DNA from: Candidatus Moraniibacteriota bacterium
GTDB lineage: Bacteria; Patescibacteriota; Minisyncoccia; Moranbacterales; UBA2206
Length of the DNA: 64,000 nucleotides
Assembly (NCBI GenBank): GCA_030645735.1
Contig: JAUSNP010000006.1
Span: 68,095 to 132,094 of the forward strand
Direction of reading: 5' to 3'
Part shown: one piece after another, positions 52,925 through 63,291 of the stretch
Layout: each line of letters begins with the position of its first letter
Position numbering within the stretch: position 1 is the stretch's first letter
Translations under genes and position numbers: made by a program
The notes under the pieces: model-generated
What the model saw: only the letters and a program-made list of their open reading frames with translations
The model's database searches: none
What the model was told of the DNA's origin: nothing

Positions 52925-54094
52925 ATGATCTACAAGACAAATAAAAATAGAATAGCTTTAACTGGTGGCGCAGCAGCGGCGGAGGCTTTGAAGCAGATTG
53001 AACCAGACGTGATGGCAGTCTATCCAATCACTCCGCAAACCACTATCATCGAAACTTTTGCCAAGTTCAAGGCAGATGGGGAAGTGGCTACAGAAGTGAT
53101 TGAAGTTGAATCAGAGCATTCAGCTATTTCAGCTTGTGTTGGTTCGAGTGCAGCTGGTGCAAGAACTGTGACGGCGACCAGCTCACAAGGTCTGGCTTTG
53201 ATGAATGAAATTTTATACATTGCTAGTGGCATGCGCTTGCCAATTTTGATGGTGGTGTCAGCCCGCGCTTTGAGCGCGCCACTCAACATTCACGGTGATC
53301 ATTCAGACGTGATGGGCGCGCGCGACACGGGTTGGATTCAAATCTTTTCTGAAAATGCGCAAGAGATTTATGACAACACAATTATTGGTATGAAATTGGC
53401 GGAGAAAGTTAAATTGCCAGTGATGGCGATTATGGATGGTTTCAACACTTCTCACTGTGTGGAAAATTTGGAAATGCTGTCGATTGAACAGGTCAGAGAA
53501 TTTGTGGGTGAATTTACGCCAGAAAAATATCTGCTCGACATTGCCAACCCAGTTTCTTTCGGGCCAGTAGCTTTGCAAAATTCATATTTTGAATTCAAAG
53601 TTCAGCAGGAAAATGCTATGGACAAAGTGGCGCGAGAATATTTGAAAATTGCCAAAGAATTTGAAAAATTGACCGGACGTAAAAAAGATTTCTTTGAGAG
53701 CTATCAAACTGAAGATGCCGAAGAAGTCATCATTTTGGCTGGTTCAACGGCTGGCACAACTAAAGATGTGATTGATCGAATGCGCAAGCATGGCAAAAAA
53801 GTCGGGCTCATCAAAATGAGCTTGTTCCGACCATTTCCAAGAAAAGAATTGTTGGTGGCTTTGAAAAATGCCAAAAGCGTGGCAGTGATGGAGCGGGCAA
53901 TTTCTTCAGGAACCTACCCGCCAATCTATCAAGACATTATGACTGGGCTTTTCCAAGCTGGTGAAACCAAAAACATGCAATCAATCATTTACAGTTTGGG
54001 TGGACGGGACATTTTCGCCAAGGATATTGAGAAGATTTTTGACGATTTGCATGCTGGAAAAATTTCCAAAGAGACTAAGTATATAGGAGTATAA
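52925..54094 (+). CDS. porA: POR alpha subunit
   Basis: ALTGGAAAAEALKQIEPDVMAVYPITPQT. ATG 52925 is used because the track ORF extension back to 52739 overlaps porD. Confidence 0.85.
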   Translation: MIYKTNKNRIALTGGAAAAEALKQIEPDVMAVYPITPQTTIIETFAKFKADGEVATEVIEVESEHSAISACVGSSAAGARTVTATSSQGLALMNEILYIASGMRLPILMVVSARALSAPLNIHGDHSDVMGARDTGWIQIFSENAQEIYDNTIIGMKLAEKVKLPVMAIMDGFNTSHCVENLEMLSIEQVREFVGEFTPEKYLLDIANPVSFGPVALQNSYFEFKVQQENAMDKVAREYLKIAKEFEKLTGRKKDFFESYQTEDAEEVIILAGSTAGTTKDVIDRMRKHGKKVGLIKMSLFRPFPRKELLVALKNAKSVAVMERAISSGTYPPIYQDIMTGLFQAGETKNMQSIIYSLGGRDIFAKDIEKIFDDLHAGKISKETKYIGV

Positions 54095-54106
54095 AAAAAT
54101 AATAGC

Positions 54107-54207
54107 TGTCATTCCGGCCTTGACCCGGAATCTGCTCGCTGTAATTGTGAATCTTAATTTATTTCAGTGAAACGCAAAGTAGATCCCGGGTCAAGCCCGG
54201 GATGACA
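54107..54207. repeat. TGTCAT...ATGACA palindromic hairpin element, copy 2 (intact), inserted between porA and porB
   Basis: The left arm ATTCCGG-CCTTGAC-CCGGAAT and right arm ATCCCGG-GTCAAGC-CCGGGAT are each hairpins and are mutually inverted. Confidence 0.65.
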
Positions 54208-54217
54208 AGATGATAAT

Positions 54218-55126
54218 ATGAATAAAGAACTGACGAAAAATTTTGCTTCTGGTCACAGCGCGTGTGCGGGCTGTGCTTTTCCAACAATTGTGCGAACGAT
54301 TTTGGGTGAGTCACCAGACCCAGTGGTCATTTCCAATGCCACAGGTTGTCTAGAGGTGACTTCAACCTTGTATCCATACACTGCTTGGAAAACACCATAT
54401 ATTCACAGTGCTTTTGAAAATGCTTCCGCCACAATTTCAGGTGTAGAACGAGCACACAAAATTTTGAGCAAAAAGGGCAAGGTGCCGAAGAAAGTGAAGT
54501 TTGTGGTTTTTGGTGGAGATGGTGGAACCTATGACATCGGCTTGCAAAGTTTGTCTGGCGCTTTGGAGCGTGGACATGATTTTGTTTATGTAGTTTATGA
54601 TAATGGCGGTTATATGAACACTGGCAATCAAAGATCTTCTGCCACACCCTATGGCGCAGCCACGGAAACTACGCCAACTGGCAAGGAATCTTTTGGCAAA
54701 GTTGAAATGCGCAAAAATTTGATGGAAATCGTAGCCGCGCATCACATCAAATATGCCGCGCAAGCTAATGTGGCCTATTTGAGTGATTTGAAAAAGAAAG
54801 CCAAAAAAGCTTTTGAAACTGAAGGTCCAGCATTTCTCAGTGTCTTTTCACCGTGCACCAACAATTGGAAATTTCCCACTTCACAATATGTAGCTATTTC
54901 AAAATTGGCAACGGAAACAAATTTCTGGCCATTGTTTGAAATTGAAGATGGAAAATATAAAGTGAATTGGGCGACAGAAACTCCGAAAGATTTGGAAGAA
55001 TTTTTGAAAACCCAAGGTCGTTTCAAGCATTTGTTCTCAGAAAAAAATGCGCCAGTTTTGGCAGAGATGAAAAAAATCGTCAAAGACGAGTGGCAACGCT
55101 TGGTCAACAAAACCGAAGAAGTCTAG
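54218..55126 (+). CDS. porB: POR beta subunit (TPP-binding)
   Basis: GHSACAGCAFP...FGGDGGTYDIGLQSLSGALERGHDFVYVVYDNGGYMNTGNQ is the TPP motif. Confidence 0.85.
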   Translation: MNKELTKNFASGHSACAGCAFPTIVRTILGESPDPVVISNATGCLEVTSTLYPYTAWKTPYIHSAFENASATISGVERAHKILSKKGKVPKKVKFVVFGGDGGTYDIGLQSLSGALERGHDFVYVVYDNGGYMNTGNQRSSATPYGAATETTPTGKESFGKVEMRKNLMEIVAAHHIKYAAQANVAYLSDLKKKAKKAFETEGPAFLSVFSPCTNNWKFPTSQYVAISKLATETNFWPLFEIEDGKYKVNWATETPKDLEEFLKTQGRFKHLFSEKNAPVLAEMKKIVKDEWQRLVNKTEEV

Positions 55127-55132
55127 AAGAGT

Positions 55133-55207
55133 GCCGATGTGGCTCAGTTGGTAGAGCAGCACACTCGTAACGTGCAGGTCGCCGGTTCGACCCCGGCCAT
55201 CGGCTCA
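55133..55207 (+). tRNA. tRNA-Arg (anticodon ACG)
   Basis: Cloverleaf with acceptor GCCGATG/CATCGGC, anticodon loop CTCGTAA, and T-arm GCCGGTTCGACCCCGGC. No CCA encoded. Confidence 0.85.
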
Positions 55208-55239
55208 GATTTTGTAGTTAATTTGTAATTTCGTAGTCC

Positions 55240-55758
55240 ATGAAAACATATATTTGCCAAATTTGTGGTGATGCTTATATTGGAGAAGATCGACCAAGTG
55301 AGTGTCCTTTTTGCGGAGCACAGCATCATTTCATCAAGGATGGTTCTGAAGCGCGACCGATTGTGAATGACAAGATTGAATTGTCAGAAATTTCCAAGAA
55401 AAATCTGGAAGAAACTTTGGGATTGGAAATGAAAGCCAATGCGATTTATTTATGCATGGCAGGCAAGGCGGATAATTATGAGAGAAAAGCGATGTATAAA
55501 CGTTTGGCCAAAGTTGAATTGGAACATGCTAACATTGCTTGCAAATTGATGGGCATCGCATTGCCACAGGCTGGCACTGAGCCTTGTAGTGAGGATGATG
55601 TAGAAAATTTTCAAAAAACTATTGAGCTGGAGGAACATGCCACAAACTTGTATGCGCAATTTGCCAAAGCGGCGACGGAGCAAAATATCAAAATATTTTT
55701 CACGGCTTTGATGCAGGTGGAGGCGGATCATATAAAACTTATTAAGAACTATCTTTAA
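55240..55758 (+). CDS. rubrerythrin-family protein with N-terminal rubredoxin-like Cys4 (reverse rubrerythrin)
   Basis: CQICGDAYIGEDRPSECPFCGA, then ferritin-like E/H helices. Confidence 0.8.
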   Translation: MKTYICQICGDAYIGEDRPSECPFCGAQHHFIKDGSEARPIVNDKIELSEISKKNLEETLGLEMKANAIYLCMAGKADNYERKAMYKRLAKVELEHANIACKLMGIALPQAGTEPCSEDDVENFQKTIELEEHATNLYAQFAKAATEQNIKIFFTALMQVEADHIKLIKNYL

Positions 55759-55897
55759 AAAGTCTAAAGGCTAATTTCTAAAGTACAAAGGAAGTCTAAA
55801 ATTAAAAAAGTATAAAGTTTTAAAAAATTTGGAACTTTAGACTTAATACTTGATTTAGACTTTAAGCTTTAGAATTTAGACCTAGATTAAAATTTAT
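55757..55897. repeat. AT-rich upstream array of TAGACTTTA-like repeats
   Basis: AAGTCTAAAGG, AAGTCTAAAATT and TTAGACTTAATACTTGATTTAGACTTTAAGCTTTAGAATTTAGACCTAG. Confidence 0.6.
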
Positions 55898-56647
55898 ATG
55901 CTAACAATCTGGTTTTACACGCTATCGTCCGTAATTATTGTAAGCCTTATATCGCTGGTTGGTGTTTTTACTTTTTCTATTGATCACAAAAAATTGGAGA
56001 AAGCTTTGATTTATCTGGTGAGTCTTTCGACTGGAACGCTTTTGGGCGACGCTTTCATTCATTTGATTCCGGAGGCATATGAGGGTGGCGGCAATAAATT
56101 ATTCGTCGGCTTATATATTTTGTCGGGCATGTTATTTTTCTTTATCGTAGAAAAGTTTTTTCACTGGCGTCACTGTCATCATGTTCCGTCTGAAAAGCAT
56201 CCTCATCCATTTTCCTATGTCATTTTAGCAGGAGACACCGTGCACAATTTCATTGATGGCTTGGTCATCGCCGCCAGTTATCTCGTGAGTGTCCCAGTTG
56301 GAGTCGCCACAACCATTGCGGTAATTTTTCATGAGATACCGCAAGAGATTGGTGATTTCGGTTCACTGATGTATGGCGGTTTTTCAAGAGCCAAAGCACT
56401 GCTATTCAATTTTTTAAGTGGCATGACAGCTGTCGCGGGGGCTATTGTGGTATTGATAATAAACACTAATATACTAGAAATGAATAATTTTCTAATTCCA
56501 TTTGCAGCCGGTGGATTTATCTATATCGCTAGCGCCGATTTGATCCCAGAACTGCACAAAAATACAGAAGCCAAAAAAAGTCTATTACAAATTGCAACTT
56601 TTATAGCGGGTATAGTTTTGATGCTGCTACTTCTTAAATTGGGTTAG
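55898..56647 (+). CDS. zupT: ZIP-family metal transporter
   Basis: HNFIDGLVIAAS and HEIPQEIGDFGSLM are ZIP TM4/TM5 metal-site motifs. Confidence 0.8.
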   Translation: MLTIWFYTLSSVIIVSLISLVGVFTFSIDHKKLEKALIYLVSLSTGTLLGDAFIHLIPEAYEGGGNKLFVGLYILSGMLFFFIVEKFFHWRHCHHVPSEKHPHPFSYVILAGDTVHNFIDGLVIAASYLVSVPVGVATTIAVIFHEIPQEIGDFGSLMYGGFSRAKALLFNFLSGMTAVAGAIVVLIINTNILEMNNFLIPFAAGGFIYIASADLIPELHKNTEAKKSLLQIATFIAGIVLMLLLLKLG

Positions 56648-56654
56648 GAAAATT

Positions 56655-57744
56655 ATGAAAGAAATTCAAGAAAAACTAAATGAACTGCAAAATAAAATCG
56701 CTCTCTTGAGCGACTATCTTTGACTTGCCCACAAAAACGCAGACTATTGCGGACTTGGAACGGACTAGTGCGGAAATGGGGTTTTGGGATGATTCACAAA
56801 AAGCTTCCAAAATCATGCAGGAGTTGGAGGAATTGCGCAAAGAAATTGCAGACTTGAGTCGCATTGAAACTGAAATTGATGAGCTGTTGGAAATGACAAG
56901 TGTGATTGCTGCGGATAGCTCTGAAGCGCAAGAAATTGAGGTGAAAATAGTTGAATTGGAAAAAGACATTGATAAATTGGAATTCAAAATTCTTCTAGGT
57001 GGTGAATATGACCGCAGTGATGTGATTTTAGCTATTCACAGTGGTGCTGGTGGCGTGGACGCTCAGGATTGGGCTGAGATGCTTTTGCGGATGTATTTGC
57101 GCTGGGCGGAAAAGAATGGCTTCAAGGCTAGGATTGTGGATGAATCGCGCGGACAAGAAGCGGGCATCAAAAGTGCCACAGTGGAAATTTCTGGTCCCTA
57201 TGCTTTTGGCTATCTGAAAAGCGAAGCGGGTGTGCATCGTCTAGTGCGCTTGTCACCTTTCAATTCGGACAATTTGCGTCAAACTTCTTTTGCCCTAGTG
57301 GAAATTTTGCCAGTCATTGAAGAAATCAAGGATGTGGTGATTGATCCAAAAGATTTGCGCATTGATGTCTATCGATCGTCTGGGGCAGGTGGACAAAGCG
57401 TCAACACGACCGACAGCGCAGTGCGCATTACGCATATTCCGACGGGAGTGGTGGCGACTTGTCAAAATGAACGCAGTCAAATTCAGAATCGCGAGCAAGC
57501 TATGAAAATCTTGCGGGCTAAATTGCATCAAAAATATTTGTCTGAGAAAGAAGCGGAGAAACAAAAGTTGCGCGGCGAATTTACCTCCGTGGAATGGGGG
57601 AGTCAGATTCGTTCCTATGTCGTGCATCCCTACAAAATGGTCAAAGATCATCGCACCAAACATGAAACGGCTGATGCAGAGGGCGTATTAGATGGAAATC
57701 TGATAGGTTTTATGGAAGCCTATTTGAAAAATATCAAAAAATAG
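56655..57744 (+). CDS. prfB: peptide chain release factor 2 with programmed +1 ribosomal frameshift at 56718-56724 (CTT TGA C)
   Basis: The frame-0 ORF MKEIQEKLNELQNKIALLSDYL ends at in-frame TGA within the canonical TAT CTT TGA C shift site. The +1 frame continues as DLPTKTQ... through SPF and GGQ motifs (SGAGGQSVNTTDSAVR). Confidence 0.9.
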
Positions 57745-57784
57745 TTTATAATATTAGTGTGATTGAAATTTAAAATTATTAAGT

Positions 57785-58528
57785 ATGGTTGTAACCAAGA
57801 AAAATATAGAAACAAAAGAAAGACCGCAAAAAGCAAGCAAACCAACGATAAAATTCGAAGGTGTTTGTAAGATTTATAAGGGCAATTTTCCAGCTTTGGA
57901 AGATATCAATCTAACCATCTGTGAGGGTGAATTTGTTTCCGTAGTTGGTCACAGTGGATCTGGCAAATCAACGCTTTTGAAATTGATTTATGCCGAAGAA
58001 TTGCCGACTAGCGGTGAGGTCTATTTCAATGAAAATCTTTTGAATCAAATCAGCAAAAGAAATTTGCCATTTCATCGACGAAACATTGGGACAATATTCC
58101 AAGATTTCAAATTGTTGCCCAAGAAAAATGTTTTTGAAAATGTAGCCTACGCTTTGGAAGTGGCTGGCATTTTGGACGAAGAAATCAACGAGAATGTGCC
58201 ACAAATTTTGGACATTGTTGGTCTTGGCGATAAAATGCACAAATATCCGCATCAATTGAGCGGTGGTGAACAACAACGCGTGGTGATTGCCAGAGCCTTA
58301 GTGCATGCCCCAACATTGATTATTGCCGATGAACCGACGGGTAATCTGGATCCTAGATCATCTTTGGAAATTGTGGATTTGTTGATGAAAATCAATGATT
58401 TGGGCACCACAGTTATTTTGGCCAGTCATGACAAAGATATTGTCGACAAGGTGAACCGACGCGTGTTGGTTTTGGATAATGGAAGGGTTGTAGCTGATCA
58501 AATCAAGGGCAAATATAAATCTGTATAA
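57785..58528 (+). CDS. ftsE: cell division ATP-binding protein FtsE
   Basis: Walker A GHSGSGKST, ABC signature LSGGEQQR, Walker B. Confidence 0.85.
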   Translation: MVVTKKNIETKERPQKASKPTIKFEGVCKIYKGNFPALEDINLTICEGEFVSVVGHSGSGKSTLLKLIYAEELPTSGEVYFNENLLNQISKRNLPFHRRNIGTIFQDFKLLPKKNVFENVAYALEVAGILDEEINENVPQILDIVGLGDKMHKYPHQLSGGEQQRVVIARALVHAPTLIIADEPTGNLDPRSSLEIVDLLMKINDLGTTVILASHDKDIVDKVNRRVLVLDNGRVVADQIKGKYKSV

Positions 58529-58553
58529 AATAAAAATATTTTTTTCAAAAATT

Positions 58554-59462
58554 ATGTTTCTAACGATTAGTCGAACTTTCAAAGAGGCGCTTAAAAACTT
58601 TACCCGCAACGGCTGGCTATCTATTGCGACCGTTAGTATCCTCACTATGTCACTTTTTGTGATTAGTGTTTTTTTTGTGGTTACTTTGGCAGTAGACGAT
58701 GTTTTGCAAAATGTGCAAGAAAGAGTCAATATTAGCATATACTTTAAATCAGATGTGTCAGTTGAAAATATAAATGCTGCTAAGGCTGATCTAGAAAAAT
58801 TTAAAGAAATTAAATCAGTTGAATATGTTTCTAAGGAGCAAGCTCTAGAAAGCTTTAAAAATAGCTCAATAGCTAAGCCTATAATAATGCAAGCATTGGA
58901 TGAGATAGGAGGAAATCCATTGTGGCCATCGCTTGCAGTAAAAACCACTGATTCTAGACAGTATGAATTAATTTCTGAATATGTTAAAAAATCTAATTTT
59001 AGTACTGATGTTAGCAGTGTTAATTATGCACAAAATAAGGAAAATATTGATAAATTAAACAAAATCATTATTACTATTCGAAAAATAGGTATTGTACTCG
59101 GCTTGCTTTTCACAATCATTTCTCTACTAGTGACTTTCAACGCTATTCGCATCACCATCTACACTCACAAAAACGAGGTGGAAATTATGCGCCTAGTTGG
59201 TGCTTCCAATTCGTTTATCCGTCTGCCATTTATTTTTGAAGGCGTGATTTATGGTATTTTGAGCTCGGTGGTCTCGATGATATTGTTAGTTATTTCAATC
59301 AAGCTTATTAATATTTATTTACCCTCAGTTACTTTAGTTAGTAATCTGATGAGTATATACTCAGGCAATTTCTGGTCGCTTTTGGGTGGACAAATCCTTT
59401 TGGGATCGCTTTTGGGTATCATTGGTAGTCTTATCGCGATGCGCAAATATTTGAAAGTTTAG
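58554..59462 (+). CDS. ftsX: cell division permease-like protein FtsX
   Basis: 4-TM topology with a large extracytoplasmic loop, adjacent to ftsE. Confidence 0.8.
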   Translation: MFLTISRTFKEALKNFTRNGWLSIATVSILTMSLFVISVFFVVTLAVDDVLQNVQERVNISIYFKSDVSVENINAAKADLEKFKEIKSVEYVSKEQALESFKNSSIAKPIIMQALDEIGGNPLWPSLAVKTTDSRQYELISEYVKKSNFSTDVSSVNYAQNKENIDKLNKIIITIRKIGIVLGLLFTIISLLVTFNAIRITIYTHKNEVEIMRLVGASNSFIRLPFIFEGVIYGILSSVVSMILLVISIKLINIYLPSVTLVSNLMSIYSGNFWSLLGGQILLGSLLGIIGSLIAMRKYLKV

Positions 59463-59513
59463 TATAAATAGGCCTTACTCTTGCCTAAATTTGGATTAGA
59501 TAGTAAAATTAAC

Positions 59514-59540
59514 AACAAGGTTCAAAAGCCTTGTTTTTAA
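59514..59540 (+). terminator. rho-independent terminator
   Basis: ACAAGGTTCAAAAGCCTTGT followed by TTTTAAT. Confidence 0.65.
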
Positions 59541-59566
59541 TTTATTCTTTATTTTTTTTAATCAAT

Positions 59567-61330
59567 ATGCAGAAAAAACTTGAAGTGCTGTTACCATTTC
59601 TAAAATGGAAAAATCTTGTAACTAAAGCAAATTTACAAAATGACATCATTGCCGGTTTCATTGGAGCCGTCATTGTTTTGCCTCAGGGTGTGGCCTTTGC
59701 CACCATTGCAGGACTACCCCCGGAATATGGAATTTATTCAGCTATCGTACCAGCTATTATTGCGGCTTTGTGGGGATCATCAAAACATCTTGTTTCTGGA
59801 CCAACTACAGCAATTTCACTGGTTGTTTTTGCTTCAATTAGTCCTCTGGCAACTGTCGGTACAGCGGAATATGTGAAGCTAGCCCTAACCCTGACCTTTC
59901 TTGTGGGACTAATCCAGCTTATTATGGGCTGGATAAAAATTGGCAAATTGCTTGATTTCATTTCGCATACTGTAGTTGTCGGATTTACAGCTGGCGCAAG
60001 TATCTTGATTATGTCCAGTCAAATTAAGAATTTTTTTGGTATCAGTGTGCCACAAGGCAGTTCTTTCTATGAAACAATCTATATTTTTATTGAAAAATTT
60101 GATAGCATAAACCATTTTATATTAATTGTTGGAGTAACAACTTTGCTATCGGGAATTGTTGTTAAAAAACTTTGGCCGAAATTTCCATACATGATTCCAG
60201 CGATGTTGATTGGAAGCCTGGTTGGTTTTTTTATGAACAAAGAATTTGGTTTTGCTATGACTGGAATAAAAACTGTCGGAGCATTGCCAGCCACATTACC
60301 ACCGCTTTCCATTCCAAGTTTAAATTTCGTCACATTGAAAGAGCTTGCTTCTCCAGCGCTGGCTATCACGATGCTTGCCTTGACTGAAGCAATTGCTATT
60401 TCACGCGCCGTGGCTTTGCGTTCGGGACAAAGGATTGATGGCAATCGAGAAGTTATTGGGCAAGGATTATCTAATTTGGTCGGAAGTTTCTTTTCTGCCT
60501 ATCCAGCCAGTGGGTCTTTTAATCGTAGCGGGCTCAATTATGAATCAGGCGCCAAAACACCCTTGGCTTCAGTTTTTGCCGCCGTTTTTTTGGGAATAAT
60601 TATTCTTTTTGTAGCTTCGCTTGCAAAATTCTTGCCAGTAGCGGTGATGGCTGGAATTTTATTTTTAGTTGCTTGGGGACTTATTGATTTCCGTCATATA
60701 AGATATATCGCTAAGTCTAGCAAGAGCGAAATTGGGCTTTTGATCGTCACTTTTTTCTCGACATTATTTCTGGAATTGGAATTCGCTATCTTCGTAGGCA
60801 TCTTTCTTTCAGTTGCATTGTATTTGCGCAGGACATCCAAACCATTAGTTACATGTTTGACGCCAGACCCAACTCATCCAAATCACAAGTTTGTAGCTTC
60901 TTGCGAATTGCCGAAATGTTTGCAACTGACTGTCATCAAAATTGATGGCGCTATTTTCTTTGGATCAGTAAGTAACATTGAACAAGAGTTAAATAAGATT
61001 CAAAAGAAATATCCAGACCAAAATAATTTATTGGTAGTTTTCAGCGGGGTAAGTTCAATTGATTTAGCTGGAATTGATATGTTGAAAGATCAAACGAAAA
61101 AATATAGAAATAGAAAAGGCGATTTATATATTAGTAATGTGAATCATATTGTATATGACAAGCTGAAAAAATACAGTTTAGTCAAAACAGTCGGGGAGGG
61201 AAACATCTTTAATTCCAAGCCAGAGGCGATTAAGTACATCTTCAATAAATTAGACAAGAGCAAATGTGCAAATTGTGATTGCAAAGTTTTCTATGAATGT
61301 ATTGGTAAAGAAGTAACTAAAGCACATTAA
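59567..61330 (+). CDS. SulP-family anion permease with C-terminal STAS domain and Cys-rich tail
   Basis: SulP TM core, STAS (VVFSGVSSIDLAGIDML), and the tail CANCDCKVFYEC. ATG 59567 is taken because track start 59531 lies in the terminator. Confidence 0.85.
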   Translation: MQKKLEVLLPFLKWKNLVTKANLQNDIIAGFIGAVIVLPQGVAFATIAGLPPEYGIYSAIVPAIIAALWGSSKHLVSGPTTAISLVVFASISPLATVGTAEYVKLALTLTFLVGLIQLIMGWIKIGKLLDFISHTVVVGFTAGASILIMSSQIKNFFGISVPQGSSFYETIYIFIEKFDSINHFILIVGVTTLLSGIVVKKLWPKFPYMIPAMLIGSLVGFFMNKEFGFAMTGIKTVGALPATLPPLSIPSLNFVTLKELASPALAITMLALTEAIAISRAVALRSGQRIDGNREVIGQGLSNLVGSFFSAYPASGSFNRSGLNYESGAKTPLASVFAAVFLGIIILFVASLAKFLPVAVMAGILFLVAWGLIDFRHIRYIAKSSKSEIGLLIVTFFSTLFLELEFAIFVGIFLSVALYLRRTSKPLVTCLTPDPTHPNHKFVASCELPKCLQLTVIKIDGAIFFGSVSNIEQELNKIQKKYPDQNNLLVVFSGVSSIDLAGIDMLKDQTKKYRNRKGDLYISNVNHIVYDKLKKYSLVKTVGEGNIFNSKPEAIKYIFNKLDKSKCANCDCKVFYECIGKEVTKAH

Positions 61331-61334
61331 AAGC

Positions 61335-61365
61335 AAAAAAGTCATCCATTAGGATGACTTTTTTT
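61335..61365 (+). terminator. rho-independent terminator
   Basis: AAGTCATCCATTAGGATGACTTTTTTT. Confidence 0.8.
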
Positions 61366-61378
61366 AAAATAATGCCTG

Positions 61379-61449
61379 TTGGAGGGGAGGGATTCGAACC
61401 CCCGGTGCAAGGACCAGAACCTTGTGCCTTACCGCTTGGCTACTCTCCA
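61379..61449 (-). tRNA. tRNA-Gln (anticodon CUG)
   Basis: The reverse complement folds as acceptor TGGAGAG/CCCTCCA (U1-A72), anticodon arm CAAGG-TTCTGGT-CCTTG, and T-arm GGGGGTTCGAATCCCTC. Confidence 0.75.
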
Positions 61450-61523
61450 ATGCTTATAAACTACCATATAATCCTATATTAAATTGGCTAAAAAATCAAT
61501 ATCTGGCAAGAAACCCAAAACCC

Positions 61524-61552
61524 TTGCATAATTAAAAATAGTATGTTATAGT
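61524..61552 (+). promoter_or_regulatory. sigma70-type promoter (TTGCAT-17-TATAGT)
   Basis: Upstream of the rluB-like gene. Confidence 0.5.
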
Positions 61553-61583
61553 TAACATCCAAAAAACTTTTAAGCCTTTTGTT

Positions 61584-62300
61584 ATGGAAACTTCAGAATA
61601 TCCAATGAGAATCAATCGCTACCTCGCCAAGAGGAATTTTTGCAGTCGTCGTGAGGCGGATGGCTTGATTGAGAAAGGATTGGTCACGGTCAACGGCAAG
61701 TTGGCTGTTTTGGGCGCTCGAGTGAACGAAGATGATAAGGTGGAAATCAATACGAAAAACAATGCAGCGGTCAAAAATCGTCAATATTTTGCTTATTATA
61801 AACCAATTGGCATTGTGACACATTCGCCGGAAGAAGGGCAACGCGGGATTGAAGACACCGCCAATTTTTCAGCGGAATTTTTTCCGATTGGCCGACTCGA
61901 CAAAGATTCCCATGGTTTGATTATTATGACCAACGATGGTCGCATCACCGACAAACTGCTCAATCCGAAATATGAACACAGTAAAGAATATTTAGTGCAT
62001 GTTAACAAAAAAATCAACAACTTTTTTGTTCGCCATATGAGCGAAGGAATTGATTTGGAAGATTTCCGCACCAAGCCGGCTATTGTAGAACGATTAGATG
62101 ATTTTGTTTTCCGGATTGTTTTGACTGAAGGCAAGAAGCATCAAATTCGTCGAATGTGTACCGCTTTGGGTTACGAAGTGACTGATTTGAAAAGAATGCG
62201 CGTGATGAATATCAAATTAGGCAGTTTGAAACCCAACCAAAAAAGAGAAATCAAAGATGTTGAACTCAATATATTTTTAACCAGTCTAGAAATTATATAA
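61584..62300 (+). CDS. pseudouridine synthase, RsuA/RluB family (S4 domain + catalytic domain)
   Basis: MRINRYLAKRNFCSRREADGLIEKGLVTVNG is the S4 domain. GRLDKDSHGLIIMTNDG is the catalytic Asp motif. Confidence 0.8.
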   Translation: METSEYPMRINRYLAKRNFCSRREADGLIEKGLVTVNGKLAVLGARVNEDDKVEINTKNNAAVKNRQYFAYYKPIGIVTHSPEEGQRGIEDTANFSAEFFPIGRLDKDSHGLIIMTNDGRITDKLLNPKYEHSKEYLVHVNKKINNFFVRHMSEGIDLEDFRTKPAIVERLDDFVFRIVLTEGKKHQIRRMCTALGYEVTDLKRMRVMNIKLGSLKPNQKREIKDVELNIFLTSLEII

Positions 62301-62301
62301 T

Positions 62302-63264
62302 ATGTTAACAGATGAAGTAAAAATTAAAGTCTTTGCTGGTCGGGGAGGCGACGGCGTGGTCGCTTTCAACAAAACCAAGATGAGTCTTGGTCCAACCGGT
62401 GGCACAGGTGGCAAAGGTGGAAATGTATATTTCCAAGGCGTTTCGAATTTATCAGCGTTGAATAAATATAAAAATAAACCCAAGCATTATGCAGGCAATG
62501 GCAAGAATGGCCAGACCGACAATTCCGATGGCCGTACTGGCGAAGACATCATTTTGACTGTACCGATTGGTTCGGTCCTGCATAATTTGACCACAGGTGA
62601 AGATATTGATGTAAAAACGGTTGGCGAGCCAATTTTGGTGGCTACTGGCGGTTTTGGTGGCCGGGGAAATTTTTGTTTCCGCTCACCAGTCAACACTTCG
62701 CCGGAAGAGCGTGAAGAGGGCAAACCAGGTCAAGAATTTGAATTTATGCTTGAGCTTCGCTTGATTGCAGATATTGGTCTAGTGGGCTTGCCAAATATTG
62801 GAAAATCGAGCTTGCTGAACGAATTGACTAAGGCAGATGTCAAAGTAGCTAACTATGAATTTACAACGTTAGAGCCGAATTTGGGGGCTCTGGAGGGCAT
62901 TATAATCGCAGATATTCCAGGGTTGATTGAAGGCGCTTCTTTGGGTAAAGGATTGGGTATAAAATTTTTGAAACATATCAAAAGAACCACAGCTTTGGTA
63001 CATTGTATCTCGCTGGAGTCAGAAAATCCGAGACGAGATTATGACATTATCCGCAAAGAATTGGGGGATTTTGATCCTGAACTTTTGCAGAAAAAGGAAA
63101 TCATTTTGCTAACCAAATCAGACTTATTAGAAAAAAAGGAAATTGATGCTAAAATTAAAGAGATTAAAAAAATCAACCCAGTAGTGGAAGTCATTTCAAT
63201 TCATGATTGGGATAGTTTGCAAAACATCCGCAAAGTGTTTTTGGAACTAGCTAAGCCTCTGTAA
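62302..63264 (+). CDS. obg: GTPase Obg
   Basis: The N-terminal Gly-rich Obg fold (GGDGVVAFNKTKMSLGPTGGTGGKGGNVY) and G domain (GLVGLPNIGKSSLL). Confidence 0.9.
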   Translation: MLTDEVKIKVFAGRGGDGVVAFNKTKMSLGPTGGTGGKGGNVYFQGVSNLSALNKYKNKPKHYAGNGKNGQTDNSDGRTGEDIILTVPIGSVLHNLTTGEDIDVKTVGEPILVATGGFGGRGNFCFRSPVNTSPEEREEGKPGQEFEFMLELRLIADIGLVGLPNIGKSSLLNELTKADVKVANYEFTTLEPNLGALEGIIIADIPGLIEGASLGKGLGIKFLKHIKRTTALVHCISLESENPRRDYDIIRKELGDFDPELLQKKEIILLTKSDLLEKKEIDAKIKEIKKINPVVEVISIHDWDSLQNIRKVFLELAKPL

Positions 63265-63291
63265 CAAAATAATTAAACTAAAACAAAAAAA

